Positions 51,901 through 64,000 of a stretch of DNA of 64,000 nucleotides are shown here, piece after piece. Numbering within the stretch: the stretch's first letter is position 1; each line of letters begins with the position of its first letter. This DNA comes from Azolla caroliniana. Its lineage: Eukaryota > Plantae > Polypodiophyta. Location of the stretch: positions 3,100,001 through 3,164,000 of the forward strand of contig JBHGNT010000008.1 in assembly GCA_043228905.1 (NCBI GenBank), given 5' to 3'. Both the position numbers and the translations under genes were made by a program. The notes beneath the pieces were generated by a model. The model searched no databases, had not been told where the DNA came from, and saw only the letters and a list, made by a program, of their open reading frames with translations.

Positions 51901-53268
51901 CAACGGCTAGAGTGGTGGCCGACCAACAGCCACCGGGTCGGATAGAGACAGTGATCGGATGGAGTGGCGGTCGTACAACGGCAACGACAGAGCGACAGCC
52001 GCCGAATAGTGGCTGGATCGATTTCCGGTATGCACAAAGACACATAACGGCCTGACAGAGACAACCTAACGAGCGGACGACGGAAATAGCCGAACCGACG
52101 GCCAGACAACAACAAAAGAGTAACCAAACTAGCGAACACAGAGAGGGGAGACGAAAACGGTTGGACATACGAGCGGACAGTGGATGGCCGTACAGCAGCC
52201 AACGGCCGGAAGGAACGGTGGCGGCTTGAAACCCTAAACAACATCCGGAATGGCCAAACAACCATTTGCTGAACAGAGAGACAGACACCGTCGACAGAGC
52301 CAACAACCATCACAAGAGGAGACCTGACAGGGGGCCGACGAGATACATCAAAACAGAAAGACGAAGACAAGAACGAAAGCACACAGGAAGAGGAAAGAAA
52401 GAGGAAAGAGAGGCAGCAGTGGCATAAGAGAGAAAAAGAAGAAGAGAAAGAAGAAAATCGAAGAAGAGAAAGGCATAGAGAGACAAACGTGAGCACGAGA
52501 GAGACAGGGATACAAGAGCAAGAAGAAGAAATAAAGAGAAAAACCTATAATAAAATTGAAAACAGAGGGAAAAAGAAGAAAAAAAAAGGGGGGGCATGTA
52601 ACAAATATTGAAACCCTGAGGGTGCTGAATGAAATTGTGAAACCTCGAGGGTACATATCAAAATTTTAAAAAACAAGAGGGCACCACCAAAATTTTGAAA
52701 ATCCCCAAGACTACTTACACACACTCAAAACAAAGGAAGAACATACATATACACGACATGATTTTGGACCCATGACAAAGGTCATAAGCCGACAAAACGA
52801 GAATGTTTGTGTTGCGGAAAGATTTGCTGACCGACAAAGAGGTTCGAGTCAAGCACTCTGATCGAGGGAGTCGATCGTTGAAGAGACCGATGGAAGTTCT
52901 GGTCGAAGAAATATCATCATCAAGGCATGTGGGATCAACGTGCAAGGCACTTCCCACAGGCGTGCCATATTGTGTTACCCCGTACGAGATGAACGGAGAG
53001 TCAAGTGTGATGAGCGAGGGTCGAATGTTATCATGATGTTGTTGTGTATGTGTAGGGGGCATAAATATAATTGTGAGTCTATACATATGTGAACACATGC
53101 ACACGTGTGTGCATGTGGATGGATACGAGGAGGCGTGAGTGAGTGTCCAGTATGAATGCTCGAGGGGGCTTACACCCCTATGTATCTACCCCCTCTTGTA
53201 CTATTTAACCCCCTTATGGGGAATGAATGAAAAATGAATGAATCATTTCTCTCTATCTATCTCTCTTT

Positions 53269-53315
<47 letters not shown>

Positions 53316-54465
53316 CCTTAACGTTGAACCCCTTGGGAGGGGGGTGGAGCCATTCTAGGCACCACCCCCCACCCCGCAATGCTTCTCAATGATTCTCAAC
53401 ATCTTCATCTCAATCTCTCTCACCATCATACCCTCCACCATCTTCACTATTCCACCATTTCTATCTTTGTCATCGATAATCATCATTACCATTAACCCTA
53501 ACCCTAAAACCTACAACAGACATGTTGACACTACCAATCTCGTGGAGAGACATTGACAATTTATCAAATATACTGCCTTAAGAGGGAGGATAAACCGATC
53601 AATTACCGATCTTGTGCATGTTTTAATCGGGGACAGTCAAACTGGCACTTGCATCGGGGGTACTGTTATTGAATGGTACAAGCAACGACAAGAAATATGT
53701 GAGAGTGGTAGATTTGCACCACGTGCAAATTGTAGGGATCAAACAACAAGACTTAAAGAGAACGAAAGGCTACTAGAGAGGTATGAAACTAATGATGCGA
53801 CAATGCATATTGTGGACAAGCCTCGATATTGGTTTAAAATATTGAGCTTGACAAAACTGAATGTATGGTATAATGTATCGCTCCAATGTTCATATTGTGA
53901 TTGCCAAGACCCTACGAGTAAATGTAAGCATATACTCAACATCATGATGATTATTGAGAGGCACATGCCACATCTATGTGGGTCGTTGCCTTTTATAGAT
54001 CATGCAACCCATATGTGCAATGACCATTTCACAGAGACGGAAGTGGAGACAGAGGTAGAACCAGTCGAGGAGACAAACCCTATAACATCACAAATGGAGG
54101 AATGGGAGTCGAAAATACAAACAGTTGTGGGGGCTATTCAATGTCTTACGCAAGGGTTACGATCCCTCGACCGTGCAACAATTTTGGCATGTATGGAGTC
54201 CATTGAAGAAATAGGTCAGACGTTGGTGTATCACCTAGGTGCACCGAAACCAACCAATGAAGAAGATTGTGGATCCATAGGGCGTAAGCAAGCAATTGGT
54301 GCAAAAAGGGGAGCATCAATCAACATTTCACAAGATCTTATTGGAAGCTCCCCAAACACTTCCAAGGCACACATAGGAAAAATGCAAAGAGGCGCAAGTC
54401 GAGCTAGAGGCGGTTGCCAATATGTGCAACAGAGAAGATGTGATGCTTGCATTGTGATGCCTTGA
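48949..54465 (+). pseudogene. MULE transposase (HHCC-like, WRKY/FAR1-like zinc finger, MULE DDE, SWIM), disrupted by stops and a 2.7 kb insertion
   Basis: 48949-50844 and 53524-54465 join in frame (..FNYGH|VDTTNLVERH..). Motifs AIDSTFKTN..LPLY, VIDKS, LLCHFHAKKAW, SWIM CDCQD....CKH; stops at 49741 and ~53554. Confidence 0.88.
50845..53518 (+). mobile_element. Non-coding LTR-type insertion with two dissimilar LTR-like ends
   Basis: TG..CA termini; 5 bp TSD GACAT (50840-50844, 53519-53523); PBS-like TGGCGACCACT at 51288; PPT AAAAAAAGGGGGGG 52581-52594 followed by TGTAAC at 52597. Confidence 0.8.
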
Positions 54466-55182
54466 CCTTTAGATCAAGGGACTCAAATGTTGATTGTTGC
54501 AAGAATTGTGGTCACATCTTGCCATCATCTCCGGATGAGCCATAAACATAGCTTGAGTGGTTTTGCGGACCGGTGCATTTAGGTTTACAATGTTTCAAGT
54601 GGATTTATGTTGATTTATGAGTGCATTTGGGAGTATGTCATATGTTGATTTATGTTTTTAAATATGGTGTTTAAAGTGGATTTACGTTCTCTGTTTTAAG
54701 TTTTATGTTTTTTAACTTTTAAGTTTTATGTTTTAATATGATTATTTGTTTTAACATAAGTATGGTAAAGATCGTCGATTTTGAATAATTTAAGGTTGGA
54801 TTTTGTGACTGTTTGATATGTCATTGTAAGTTTTAAGGGTAATGAACAAGCTTATTTGAAGATTTTGGTCGAAATGATACATTTGGTTGGGCGACCTGTA
54901 ACGGTTGGACAACCAATCGGTTGGGCAACCTGCAAATGTCAGGGTTGGGTGACCTAAAACGGTTGGGTGACTTGCAATAATCAGAGTTGGCCGACCAATT
55001 GTGGTTGGGTGACCAACAACTCAGAGTTGGGCGACCTCTGACAACTTTTTTTTTCGCACGTTCTTCCTTATCGAAATCTGACGATGCAGATCACACGCGC
55101 CTTCCTCTAAACGACCTACACCGTCTGTGGCCGCGATTCCCTCGCCAACCCTCTTTATGATTTGATGCAGAATAGACACGAG

Positions 55183-55375
55183 CCATAGCATGACTTATGG
55201 TGATGATGATGATGATGATGATGGCCATGCCATACCATAGCCCATGGTGATGGTGATGGTGATGGCGATGATGGCCATGCCATACCATAGCCCATGGTGA
55301 TAGTGATGATGATGGTCGTGGCCATACCATGGTCTATGCTCGTGATGATGATGGCCATGCCAATACCATGCCCTA
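55183..55375. repeat. (GAT)n-GGCCATGCCATACCAT composite repeat
   Basis: Four GATGGCCATGCCATACCAT-type units separated by GAT/GGT runs; the same family occurs at 44540-44615 and 56940-57010. Confidence 0.9.
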
Positions 55376-55639
55376 ATGGTTGGATCCTTTTTAAGCTTTT
55401 GGTCCCTCAAGATGTGTGTGATCTCTGAAGAGATTTCTCTCTTGTCACTATGAATCTTGTGATCTTCAAAGTTTTTGGTCTTTGAACACATACATGAGTT
55501 TTGAAGTGTGAATAATTTGAAGTCGAAGATGTGTGTGATCTCTGAAATTTTCTGGTGACTCCGAATCTTGTGATCTTCGAAGTTTTTGGTCTTTGAACAT
55601 GTGTGAGTTTCTGAAGTGTGAATAATTTGAAGTTTTTGG

Positions 55640-55988
55640 TCTCTGTAGAAAACTAGGTGGGGTTAAATGCAGGTAGCAAGGTCAATTGCAGGTAGCCCAA
55701 TTGGAAAGTTGAATCACCCGGGCTAGGAAAAATAGTCGGCCAACCGATTTAGAAACATTGTGCTCGGTTAGAAGTGACAGAAGTAGGAACATACCCGGGT
55801 TGGAAATGATAGACATAGGGACAAAGTCGGGTCAGAAGTGATAGAGTCAGGGTTAGAAATGGGTGCGTGGTTTTTTTTTATAATGACAGATTTCATGGGA
55901 TTGTCGACGTCAAAATCATCTTTGCACCATTTGTGACCGTGATTCCCTCACCTCCTCTATATTAATATTTGGTTGCAAATAAACACGA
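55640..55988 (+). mobile_element. Orphan right-end (TIR-like) fragment of a related MULE
   Basis: gtgaccgtgattccctcacctcctctat..aaacacgag resembles 55125-55182 in the same orientation and is followed (after a LINE insert) by the same GATGGCCATGCCATA repeat. Confidence 0.6.
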
Positions 55989-55996
55989 GTTCATGA

Positions 55997-56926
55997 GCAA
56001 CGATACAGGTTTATAATATTGGAAGTTCATGACATTATGGAAAAGGAAGGATATGAAAGTTCATGTGTCACATCCGACTTCCTAACAAAGTTTTGGATGA
56101 CATTATGGAAAAGGAAGCAATATATGAAAATAAATGTCTTCCAATGGCTTGTAATACATAGAGCATTACCAGTCGGCTAGTGGCTGCTACAATCAGCTAG
56201 ACTGACCGCATGCATCTATTGTAGTTGCCAGATGGAGACATGGGAATGTCATGTTGCACAACAAGTTTGGAGACGAGTGTTCGAATTCTAACCTTTATGT
56301 TTAGGGATGGTAGTTTTTCGTGGGGTATGGTAGTATGGGCTATGGTGGCACAAATGATGTGGACATATAAGGCATGTCCAAATGATATGATTATTAGAAT
56401 TCAAAGAGGAAGGATAACAATGGTGCAACAAAGTCATACAGAAGCTCCGTATATGTTAAAGGCAATGCAAGAAGTATGGGAGCCACTATGCACCACTACA
56501 ATGTGGTTTATTTGGATTGCTAGGTGTTCTAAGGTTTTTGGTAATACTATTGTTCATCTAGTGGAAAGTGTATGGAATGTCTGGATGCAAATGGTGCATA
56601 CCTTGAAAGGGAGGTATGATGAAATTAAAGGTGAGACAGAGGTTGCAGTGTTGCAATGCCTCGAATTTATTGCCTATTGGAAGAATGCCCCTTTTTTTAC
56701 ATTACAAAATGCAAGACCCAAATGGTGCTTAGCACCACCAGTATAGTTGTTCCCACCACCAATCCCCTAACTAGGTTATGGAGTGGTAGAGTGTTGATAC
56801 TATTTATATCCTTTAGGGATGGGGACCTAAGGAAGAATGTAACATATCAATGGTAGCTTGATGGTCAGTCAACATTCTTGTAATAACTGTTTATAACTAA
56901 CGAAAGGATATTTTACAGGGAAAAAA
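55997..56926 (+). mobile_element. 5'-truncated LINE 3' end
   Basis: zf-RVT region remnants, IWIARC..LKGRYDEIKGE..PKW..APP similar to the C-terminus of the LINE at 31400-31690; A-tail; 16 bp TSD AAACACGAGTTCATGA (55981-55996, 56927-56942). Confidence 0.88.
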
Positions 56927-57399
56927 AAACACGAGTTCATGATGGCCATGCCATACCATGGGCCACGGTGATGGTGATGATGATGATGATGGCCATGCCA
57001 TACCATGCCTAAACCTCATTTTCTATCTATTTCCATATATTATGATCATTGTGTTTGCGAACCGACGACCATGTTGTGTCACCTCACAACTACTTGCCAC
57101 CTCTATGGAGCCAAGTTATTCTGATGTTTCCTCTAAGCGTGTTGGTCATGGATTCTTCACGACGTACCATTTGTGACACTTTGATGCTTCTTCTTCTTCT
57201 TCTTAATCAAGCATCATGCGTGGTCATTTGTGGGCAAGTTCCAAATATGGTGTTGCCTGACTTGCATCCGGCAACTTTTGGTACGTGCTCTTGGGTTGAG
57301 TGTACGTATGTTAGCAGCTAGTTGAAGAATCAAGTGTTGTTACATGCGATTTGTTGTGGTGGTTAGTGTGAGATTGATGATCATTGATAGTATTATGAC

Positions 57400-59795
57400 C
57401 TTTCAAATTAATGTGTGTTGGGTTGAAGTTCTCCTCCATTGAGCTTTAAGGAATAACCATTTAACTTGAAATGTCCTCGAGGAAGGTTCCATCCACATTA
57501 GGACAAGGTTTTCTTCATCCAGTTGTTTTGCCACGATCTACCCACAACTCTCGAGGACTTGTTTCCTTGCATTGCATCAATATAACAAATCCAAGTTTGT
57601 ATACCAATAGAAGATATATATGTACAATTTGATGCATTTTTGTAAGAAGGTAGACCAAGAGTCCACATGGCAAGTTCAAGTATTACGATCTCGACCCTTT
57701 TTGTGCTTCTACATTATTGATGCAAATATGTGATTTAGGTTTTGTTCGTGGACTTGACTAAGTTGTTGTCATCTATTTTCAAGCCTATACTAAATATTTT
57801 ATTGGACACCCATTGATTGATATATCGTTTTGCACGTAGTAAATCATTGGGTTCCAATACATAGTGAGGGAAAGAACGTTGACAATTACTTAAATGATGT
57901 GTATAGACCTAAAGGACATTAGGAATCTGACCTTTATGGTTTGCACCTTTTGTTTTGTTGTCATGCTCTTTCCATTGGAGCTTTCGACATTGCTCTTTTG
58001 TATGATCGTTCTTTCTGCGGAACATGCAAAAAGGATGATGTCGCTTACAATCGTGATCCATGAATTCGTTGGGTGTCTTGCGTTTCCCAACGAATTGCGG
58101 CTGCTTAGTCCCGTGCGCTTCGTTGGGTTTGTTATGGTCCTTCTTCGAAGTGCATTGATAGCGAATAACTATTTCAATGGCCTCTTCGAAGGATTTTGGA
58201 TCCTTATCGTGCACTATCCAATGATAGTCCAAATTGGGGATGTCATTGACAAAACAAGCTATCAACCAATTGTCCCCTTCTAGACTTGGTTTATGGATTT
58301 GGTTTTTAGCATAGTGAACATAGTCTTCTAGCGAGGAAAACTTCCTGCTAGAGAGGTTCATTAAAGCTTGTGCTGCCTCAGTTCGAGAGGGAGGTTGCAG
58401 AAATTGGCCCTTGAAAATTGTGACAAAATTTGTCCAGGTATCAGGCAATTTCCCCAAGGTACGTAGCCCACACCACCATGTGGCAGCCTTACCCCTAATT
58501 CTCGGCCGACATATGCAATCTTCGTACTATCTAACGTGGGATAGAGCTCAAAATGAGACTCCCATCGGCCAACTACGTGCAGATTGCTTCTTCGGTTCTT
58601 TCATTTTTTTCTCCCGTAAATGGCTTTACGACAAATGATGGTTCACCCTTACGCTCATCGGGTCTATTAGTGTCACGTTGTAAACTAATGACACATGCCT
58701 CGAGAGCACTTTGAGATTGCTAAAGTTCAGACATCTGATGAGTGGTTGAACTAAGGAAATTTTGTATTTGTAAGAAATATGACTCAATGGAGATTGGCCC
58801 AGGAAGATTTCCTTAAGTTCCTTTTGCTTGAGCGGATGACATCGGGTTGTTATGATGAGCCATTGAATGATAATTTCTGGCAAAGAAATCGGATAAGGTC
58901 AAACAAATGGTCATAACACCATGTCGTGATGTAAACATATCATGGGCCAACATTAATCGATATCATGATCTCACATCAATACCCCTCTAGACGTATGAGA
59001 TGAGGTTCAAGATCAGGTTATTATGGTAACACAAAGGTGTTTTAAAAACCATGGTGGTGATAAGTGAATGTCTTTCCCTGATCTCTATATTGATTTTTTC
59101 ATGGCGACTCACCGAGGCTCAACCATGTATGTTCGATGAGGTATTGATCTCATACACATATGAATATGTTTTATACAACCAATCCGTTACCACTACAATA
59201 TCATTGAATCAATAAAGAAAAAACATATTGACTATACATGATTAGATTGGGAGAATAAAGAATAGAAAAAAAACAAGAAAGAGTTACCGAAGTTCATTTG
59301 TTGATTGCTATCTAGATCAAGGTCGATTGCATGTCGATCAATCACCATCCATCAAGAAGACAATAAAAACCAACAGAAGAAACATTACAAACATAAGCTC
59401 TGATATCAACTGTTAGAGTGATGATCTAATGTAAGTATATGATAAGGATATAATATATATGAAATAAGAAAGGAGAGAGAGAAAGAAGGGTGTCGATTCA
59501 CCCGACCACCCCTGAGCGAAGGGATTGAGACGGACTCGAGCCTTGATCGGTGTCCCATACCACCGTCGTGGCGTCGAGTTGTACCTGGTGTTGGTGTGCT
59601 CATTACAAGAGTTGACCCACCACGAAACAGAGTCTTGACGTAGTCAATAGATGATAAAATGAGGGTAGGTAGGCCTCATATTTATAGCGAGACCTAAGGC
59701 CCCCAAGCAAGTTCACACTTGGCCTAATGGGTTGTCTCAATCCCGAGGATTAAAAGTAATCTTCCCCTTATTTACACTCTTGTTTAACCCTCACA
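57400..59795 (-). mobile_element. Decayed Gypsy-type LTR remnant (LTR, PBS, gag, protease trace)
   Basis: PBS-like TGATATCAGAGCT (59396-59408, -) next to an LTR-like block at ~59410-59795; gag remnant 57909-58457 (WTNFVTIFKGQF, degenerate zinc knuckle); protease-like YVQ..INGCPIKYLV trace near 57780-57840. Confidence 0.65.
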
Positions 59796-59869
59796 CTTAT
59801 CCACGTGTATAGAATACTATTGTAAATTTTCACCAAGGGATATTATATGGTCATGCCCACAACAAACAG

Positions 59870-60152
59870 AGCAGCGCCTCGAATTTATCGCCTATTGGAA
59901 GAAGGCCCCTTTTCTCACACTACAAAATGCAAGACCCATGTGGTGCTTAACATCACTAGTATGCTTGTTCCCACCACCAATTACATAACTAGGTTATGGA
60001 GTGGTGGAGTGTTGATACTATTTATCCTTTAGGGATGGGGACCCAAGGAAGAGTGCAACATACCGAGGGTAGCTTGACGGTAGGTCAACATTCTTGGAAT
60101 AACTGTTTATAATTAATGAAAGGATATTTTCTAGGAAAAAAAAGAAAAGAAA
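59870..60152 (+). mobile_element. Short LINE 3'-end fragment of the same family as 55997-56926
   Basis: Colinear with 56653-56929 (cctcgaattta..gaaaggatatttt plus A-tail). Confidence 0.85.
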
Positions 60153-62382
60153 GCATTTTCATCGTTTAAGTCTTAGCTATTACAATGAAAAACGATGCAT
60201 GTATTGCAAGCCTAACCAAGTAGTCATTGGAAGCATTTTGAATATTAGTTTACGCCCTATTGATGTCAATAACATAGATGATGATGTGTAAACAAGTCCT
60301 CATAACCTAGTGTGGGGGAGACTCCACAATCTATGTATGAAAGTCACTGTTTAAAATAAAGCTTCAACTCCCATGACCCCATTTGGAGTTGACAGGTTTG
60401 CTTGAATCATTTCTTGTGCTCGTATTGTAATTTTTGTGCACAAAAAAGAGAGGACAAAGTCATGCACTCAATCCGTTACATTCAATAGTTCACCAGATAA
60501 TATTTCACTATGGATGTCCTTATCTCTTGTAGGATTGTCACAAACGAGGGCCAATTTATTTTTGCCATTGGGATCTCTCTATAGAAGTATATACAAGAAA
60601 CCTTGTCCTAAAAGTTACTATAAAGCATGTACTTTAGGATAAAAAATTTGTTATTGCTTTTGCTTATGGAAGTCACATAGTATTGAGTGTTTGTCAATAA
60701 GTGTATGCTCCAGCATCTCTCTTACGACATTCTAAAGGTTAATTCATCACTACGTTTGGTAAATGGGAAGCATCCAAGATTCACACGACACTACATTGTG
60801 CACATGGATCATGTCTAGTTTCTAGTAAAGAAAACAAACTGCACAACTACCTAAACATTGTTTCTCAATTCTCGTTAAAAAGACATCATCAAATACCTTT
60901 TGTTTTCCTCAGATCGAAGATAGGCTTTTTACAATAAGTTCTCAAATGCGAGACACACACACACACCAGACAAATTGTGGCGCGCCATTAGCTAACAAAA
61001 ATCCATGTGATATTACCAACAATGTATAGGATGGGTTCTAAACAATGCCCAATCCCTTCCAAGGCTCAGGAAAGCGATACGCTCGTGTGCGCGTTCGGTA
61101 ACAAACAAGTGCATGACGACATGCTCAGATCCACGCAGATCATGCATTATATAAACAAATCAATGCGATCTTAGCGGCAATCTCTTGGGCGGGCGGATGG
61201 ATGGGTTCCGAATAATGCTCAATCATTTCCATGCCTCGGAAAAATGTTAACAAGCAAGTTCGTTCGATCCACCCAATGTATGTAGATTATGGTCTTGTTC
61301 CATGCATAAATACTTGAAATTAGCTATGAACGAGAACTACATCCTCCTATTCACATATTTTGTCATGAGGCTTTTGTTGCTTTCTGGGCTCAAATCCGAA
61401 ACAGGGGCACTTTTGAACATATTTTTTCCCACAAAATAACAAACACCAAAAAACAAGAGCCATTATTAGCTCTTTATGCGAGACTGATGAAAATGTATGT
61501 TTATGTGTATATTGCAGCAGACCTTTAGAGCCCCCTGTTTTTTGTTGGCCTCTATTTCATACCTTCAGATTGCACTTCAAAGGTATGTGAATCAGTATTT
61601 CTTCTTGGGTTCTGTTATTTTGCTCTTAAAACGTTACATTCTTCATTATTTTGCTTCATGAATGCTCTATATTGTCTTTCATGGCTTATTTGATTTATGT
61701 AGCCAATGTTTGGGTTTGATCTCTTCATAATTGTACTATATCATTATCTTATTAAAGGTAAAAATGCTGATTTTGATTTATTCAGATTGCATTTGAAGAT
61801 CAATAAATAAATTCCTTTTGGTGTGTGTTATGTCTTTGCTTCAAAATTTCATTCCTTTTGAGGTACTACTTTCTTCATTTCACACGCTTATGGCTTCTTT
61901 CTTGTTCAATTTTGCTTCATAAGCGCACTATATCTTCATGCTTGTTTGACATGTCAAAATGTTTTGGTCTTACGTCATCAATGCAAAATTTACTCATGTT
62001 TATCTGCTATAGTTGTTTTTGCTTCATGAATGCACTATATCTTCACGCTTCTTTGATACAATTGGACTTTAATTCATAAATGCACTATGCCTTCATGGCT
62101 ACTTGATATAGCAAAATGTACATGCACTATGCACTATGTCTTCATGGGCACCAGAACTGATGTTTGGTTTCATCCATTGTGAATGAATTTAAAGGTAAAA
62201 TCACAATTTTGTTTTCTGTTTATGCCTCACATTTCAGCATTTGAATAACCATGTCTCCAGATTTACTTCTCAAATGCACTATATCTCTGTGCTTATGTGA
62301 TAGATCTTATGTTTGATTTGATCTCTTCTGGTTGTACGTTTCAGATAATACCACATCTATTCATTCATTGGCAATATTGAGA

Positions 62383-64000
62383 ATGTATTCCAATACAAAA
62401 GGGAAAAGCTCTTGCACTGTAAGAAACACTGTTAGGAAGAATGGAAAAGTTTCAGGTGGCCGCAAATCTTTCAGTACAATTCATTCCATGTAAGTTAAAC
62501 AGTTATAAACAGCATTCACTGCTGTAGGAAATCTTTCAATAGACGGACAATATTTAGCATTCTATGAAGTTTTTCAGTACAGTACAATTCATTCCATGTC
62601 GGATGAAATCAGTTATGGATGATATATACTATTCTACTGAGTATTTTTATACAATTCCTTTGACGTGTAAAACTGAAATTACCATTGTAATAAGGCTTTC
62701 AGTAAAATTCATTCCATGTGCGATGAAATTGGTTGGATGATATGTATTATTCTAGAAAGTCATTATTGTACAGCTCGTTCCATGTAGACTGCAAATTAGT
62801 GTTAGACAATATTTGCAATTCTAACAAGGAATTATTGAAAAATCTATAGAGAATGGGCATAGAAAAGAAAAGTGATGTAACCAAGCATTTGAGCTCAACA
62901 AAAAGGGATTAAGTCTAGACAATCAATAGAGATCTATAAGCTAAGTCTGCATATTTGAGGAATTGGGATAGAGGTAACTGGTATGTGCTATGATTTTTCA
63001 ATGGGACGAATTTTAACACATTCAACACTTTAAGCAAGGGAAGGCACTGCAACCCATTCAACACATTAGGTAAGAGAAGGCACTGCATTTCAATGCGACG
63101 ATTTTTAACATCTTTGCTGTACATCTTGGAACTTGGTATATCTAATGTGCCTTTGGTGGTAAATATTTTAGGAGACTTTCTTTGTATGAAGGTGATTTTA
63201 GAGTAGAAATGTCTTTGGAGTTGATTGGGTTCCTCTTTGACTGTATCCTCTACTTGATGAATGGCCATTTGAGAGTTCATTTTGTGGACAACCTTTTTAA
63301 TGGCTTGTTTTGTTTTGTTCTCCTTGTTGCCCAAGAATCATATTCAGTTTGTTGCAGCATATTTCATTAAAATGCCAAAAATTATCCACATCTGGATGTT
63401 CACATTTGTTTTTTGAGCCTTATAACGGACATGATATCTTCATATCTGCGTATAATGTTAGAACTATGTTTGACAGAAGGTTGCAACTATTTTCTATAGA
63501 ATTAGAACATCCGAAAACACTATTAATCTGTCAATTTGATTCATTGTTCAACAATTATTTCCCACCTTAGAGAGCAATACTTAAAAATTCTGTGCTTCGG
63601 ATGCATTTGCCTTATTGTAATTTCTGATATTCAATGGACAGATCAGAATCAACCGGAGAAAGGACTGTCAAGAAGTTGAGACTTTCTAAGGCATTGACCA
63701 TATCAGATGATACAACAGTGTTAGATGCCTGCCGACGCATGGTGACTGTCCGGGCAGATGCAGCACTCCTTACTGATTCTAGTGGTTTGTTGTGTGGGAT
63801 CATAACCGACAAAGTATTATAGTCAAGTCATGGCAATTGTTTGAATTTTCCAGCAAAATTATTTGCTATAATATAAATGATCATGGTTGTATGACTGTAG
63901 GATGTGACCACAAGGGTGGTAGCTGAGAATATGAAACCAGAGGAGACGCCTGTTTCAAAGGTTATGACACGGAATCCTGTGTATGTCATAAATGATACGC
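62383..64000 (+). CDS. CBS-domain protein (CBSCBSPB-like, CBS plus presumably PB1), 5' part only; runs off the window
   Basis: Exons 62383-62489, 63642-63813, 63901->64000: MYSN..GGRKSFST..|ESTGERTVKKLRLSKALT..DACRRM..DAALLTDS.GLLCGIITDK|DVTTRVVAE..TPVSKVMTRNP. A probable 5'UTR exon ends at ~61582. Confidence 0.88.

Larger units (their letters stand above)
44616..55182 (+). mobile_element. Mutator-like element (MULE), ~10.6 kb, with long TIRs and two genes
   Basis: Inverted repeats ~44616-44785 and ~55025-55182; ~10 bp TSD CCATAGCATG (44606-44615, 55183-55192); subterminal GGTC(A/G)CCCAACC arrays; MULE transposase inside. Confidence 0.88.

Noticed and set aside
51549-52656. 315 aa and other - strand ORFs in the LTR-type insert
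   Set aside because: Low-complexity, no recognisable domain; explained by purine strand bias that depletes stop codons.
55091-55491. His-rich ORFs resembling metal-binding peptides (also 44250-44865)
   Set aside because: Translations of (GAT)n/GGCCAT repeats and TIR sequence; no gene structure.
63634-63641. ATG at 63634 as the CBS gene start
   Set aside because: An upstream exon (62383-62489) splices in frame to the AG at 63640-63641 and supplies the family-like N-terminus.

Overview
Eukaryotic, AT-rich land-plant genomic DNA. The Tcn1-type chromovirus and the gene style suggest a non-seed vascular plant such as a fern, but that is inference. There are four intron-containing host genes: an M17 leucine aminopeptidase (-, 10 exons, 3665-10407), a vicilin-like bicupin storage protein (+, 5 exons, 34393-38187), a reticulon-like protein with a long N-terminus (-, 9 exons, 40754-44122) and the 5' part of a CBS-domain (CBSCBSPB-like) gene (+, from 62383). 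Between them lies a dense transposon landscape: a three-level LTR nest (tRNA-Ala-primed non-autonomous element > decayed Copia > intact, very young chromodomain Gypsy), a near full-length LINE ORF2 plus two LINE 3' fragments, a hAT-type MITE, and a ~10.6 kb Mutator-like element carrying an accessory zinc-finger/Ulp1-like gene. Its transposase is split by a 2.7 kb TSD-flanked insert with non-matching LTRs. The most notable signals are in the intact Gypsy: a tRNA-independent Tf1-like self-priming arrangement, a clear -1 frameshift cassette and an antisense tRNA-like Pol III box pair in its LTR. Also notable are the apparent microsatellite targeting of the MULE and repeated tandem duplication of splice junctions in all four host genes. 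All coordinates and alignments were read by eye; no searches were run.
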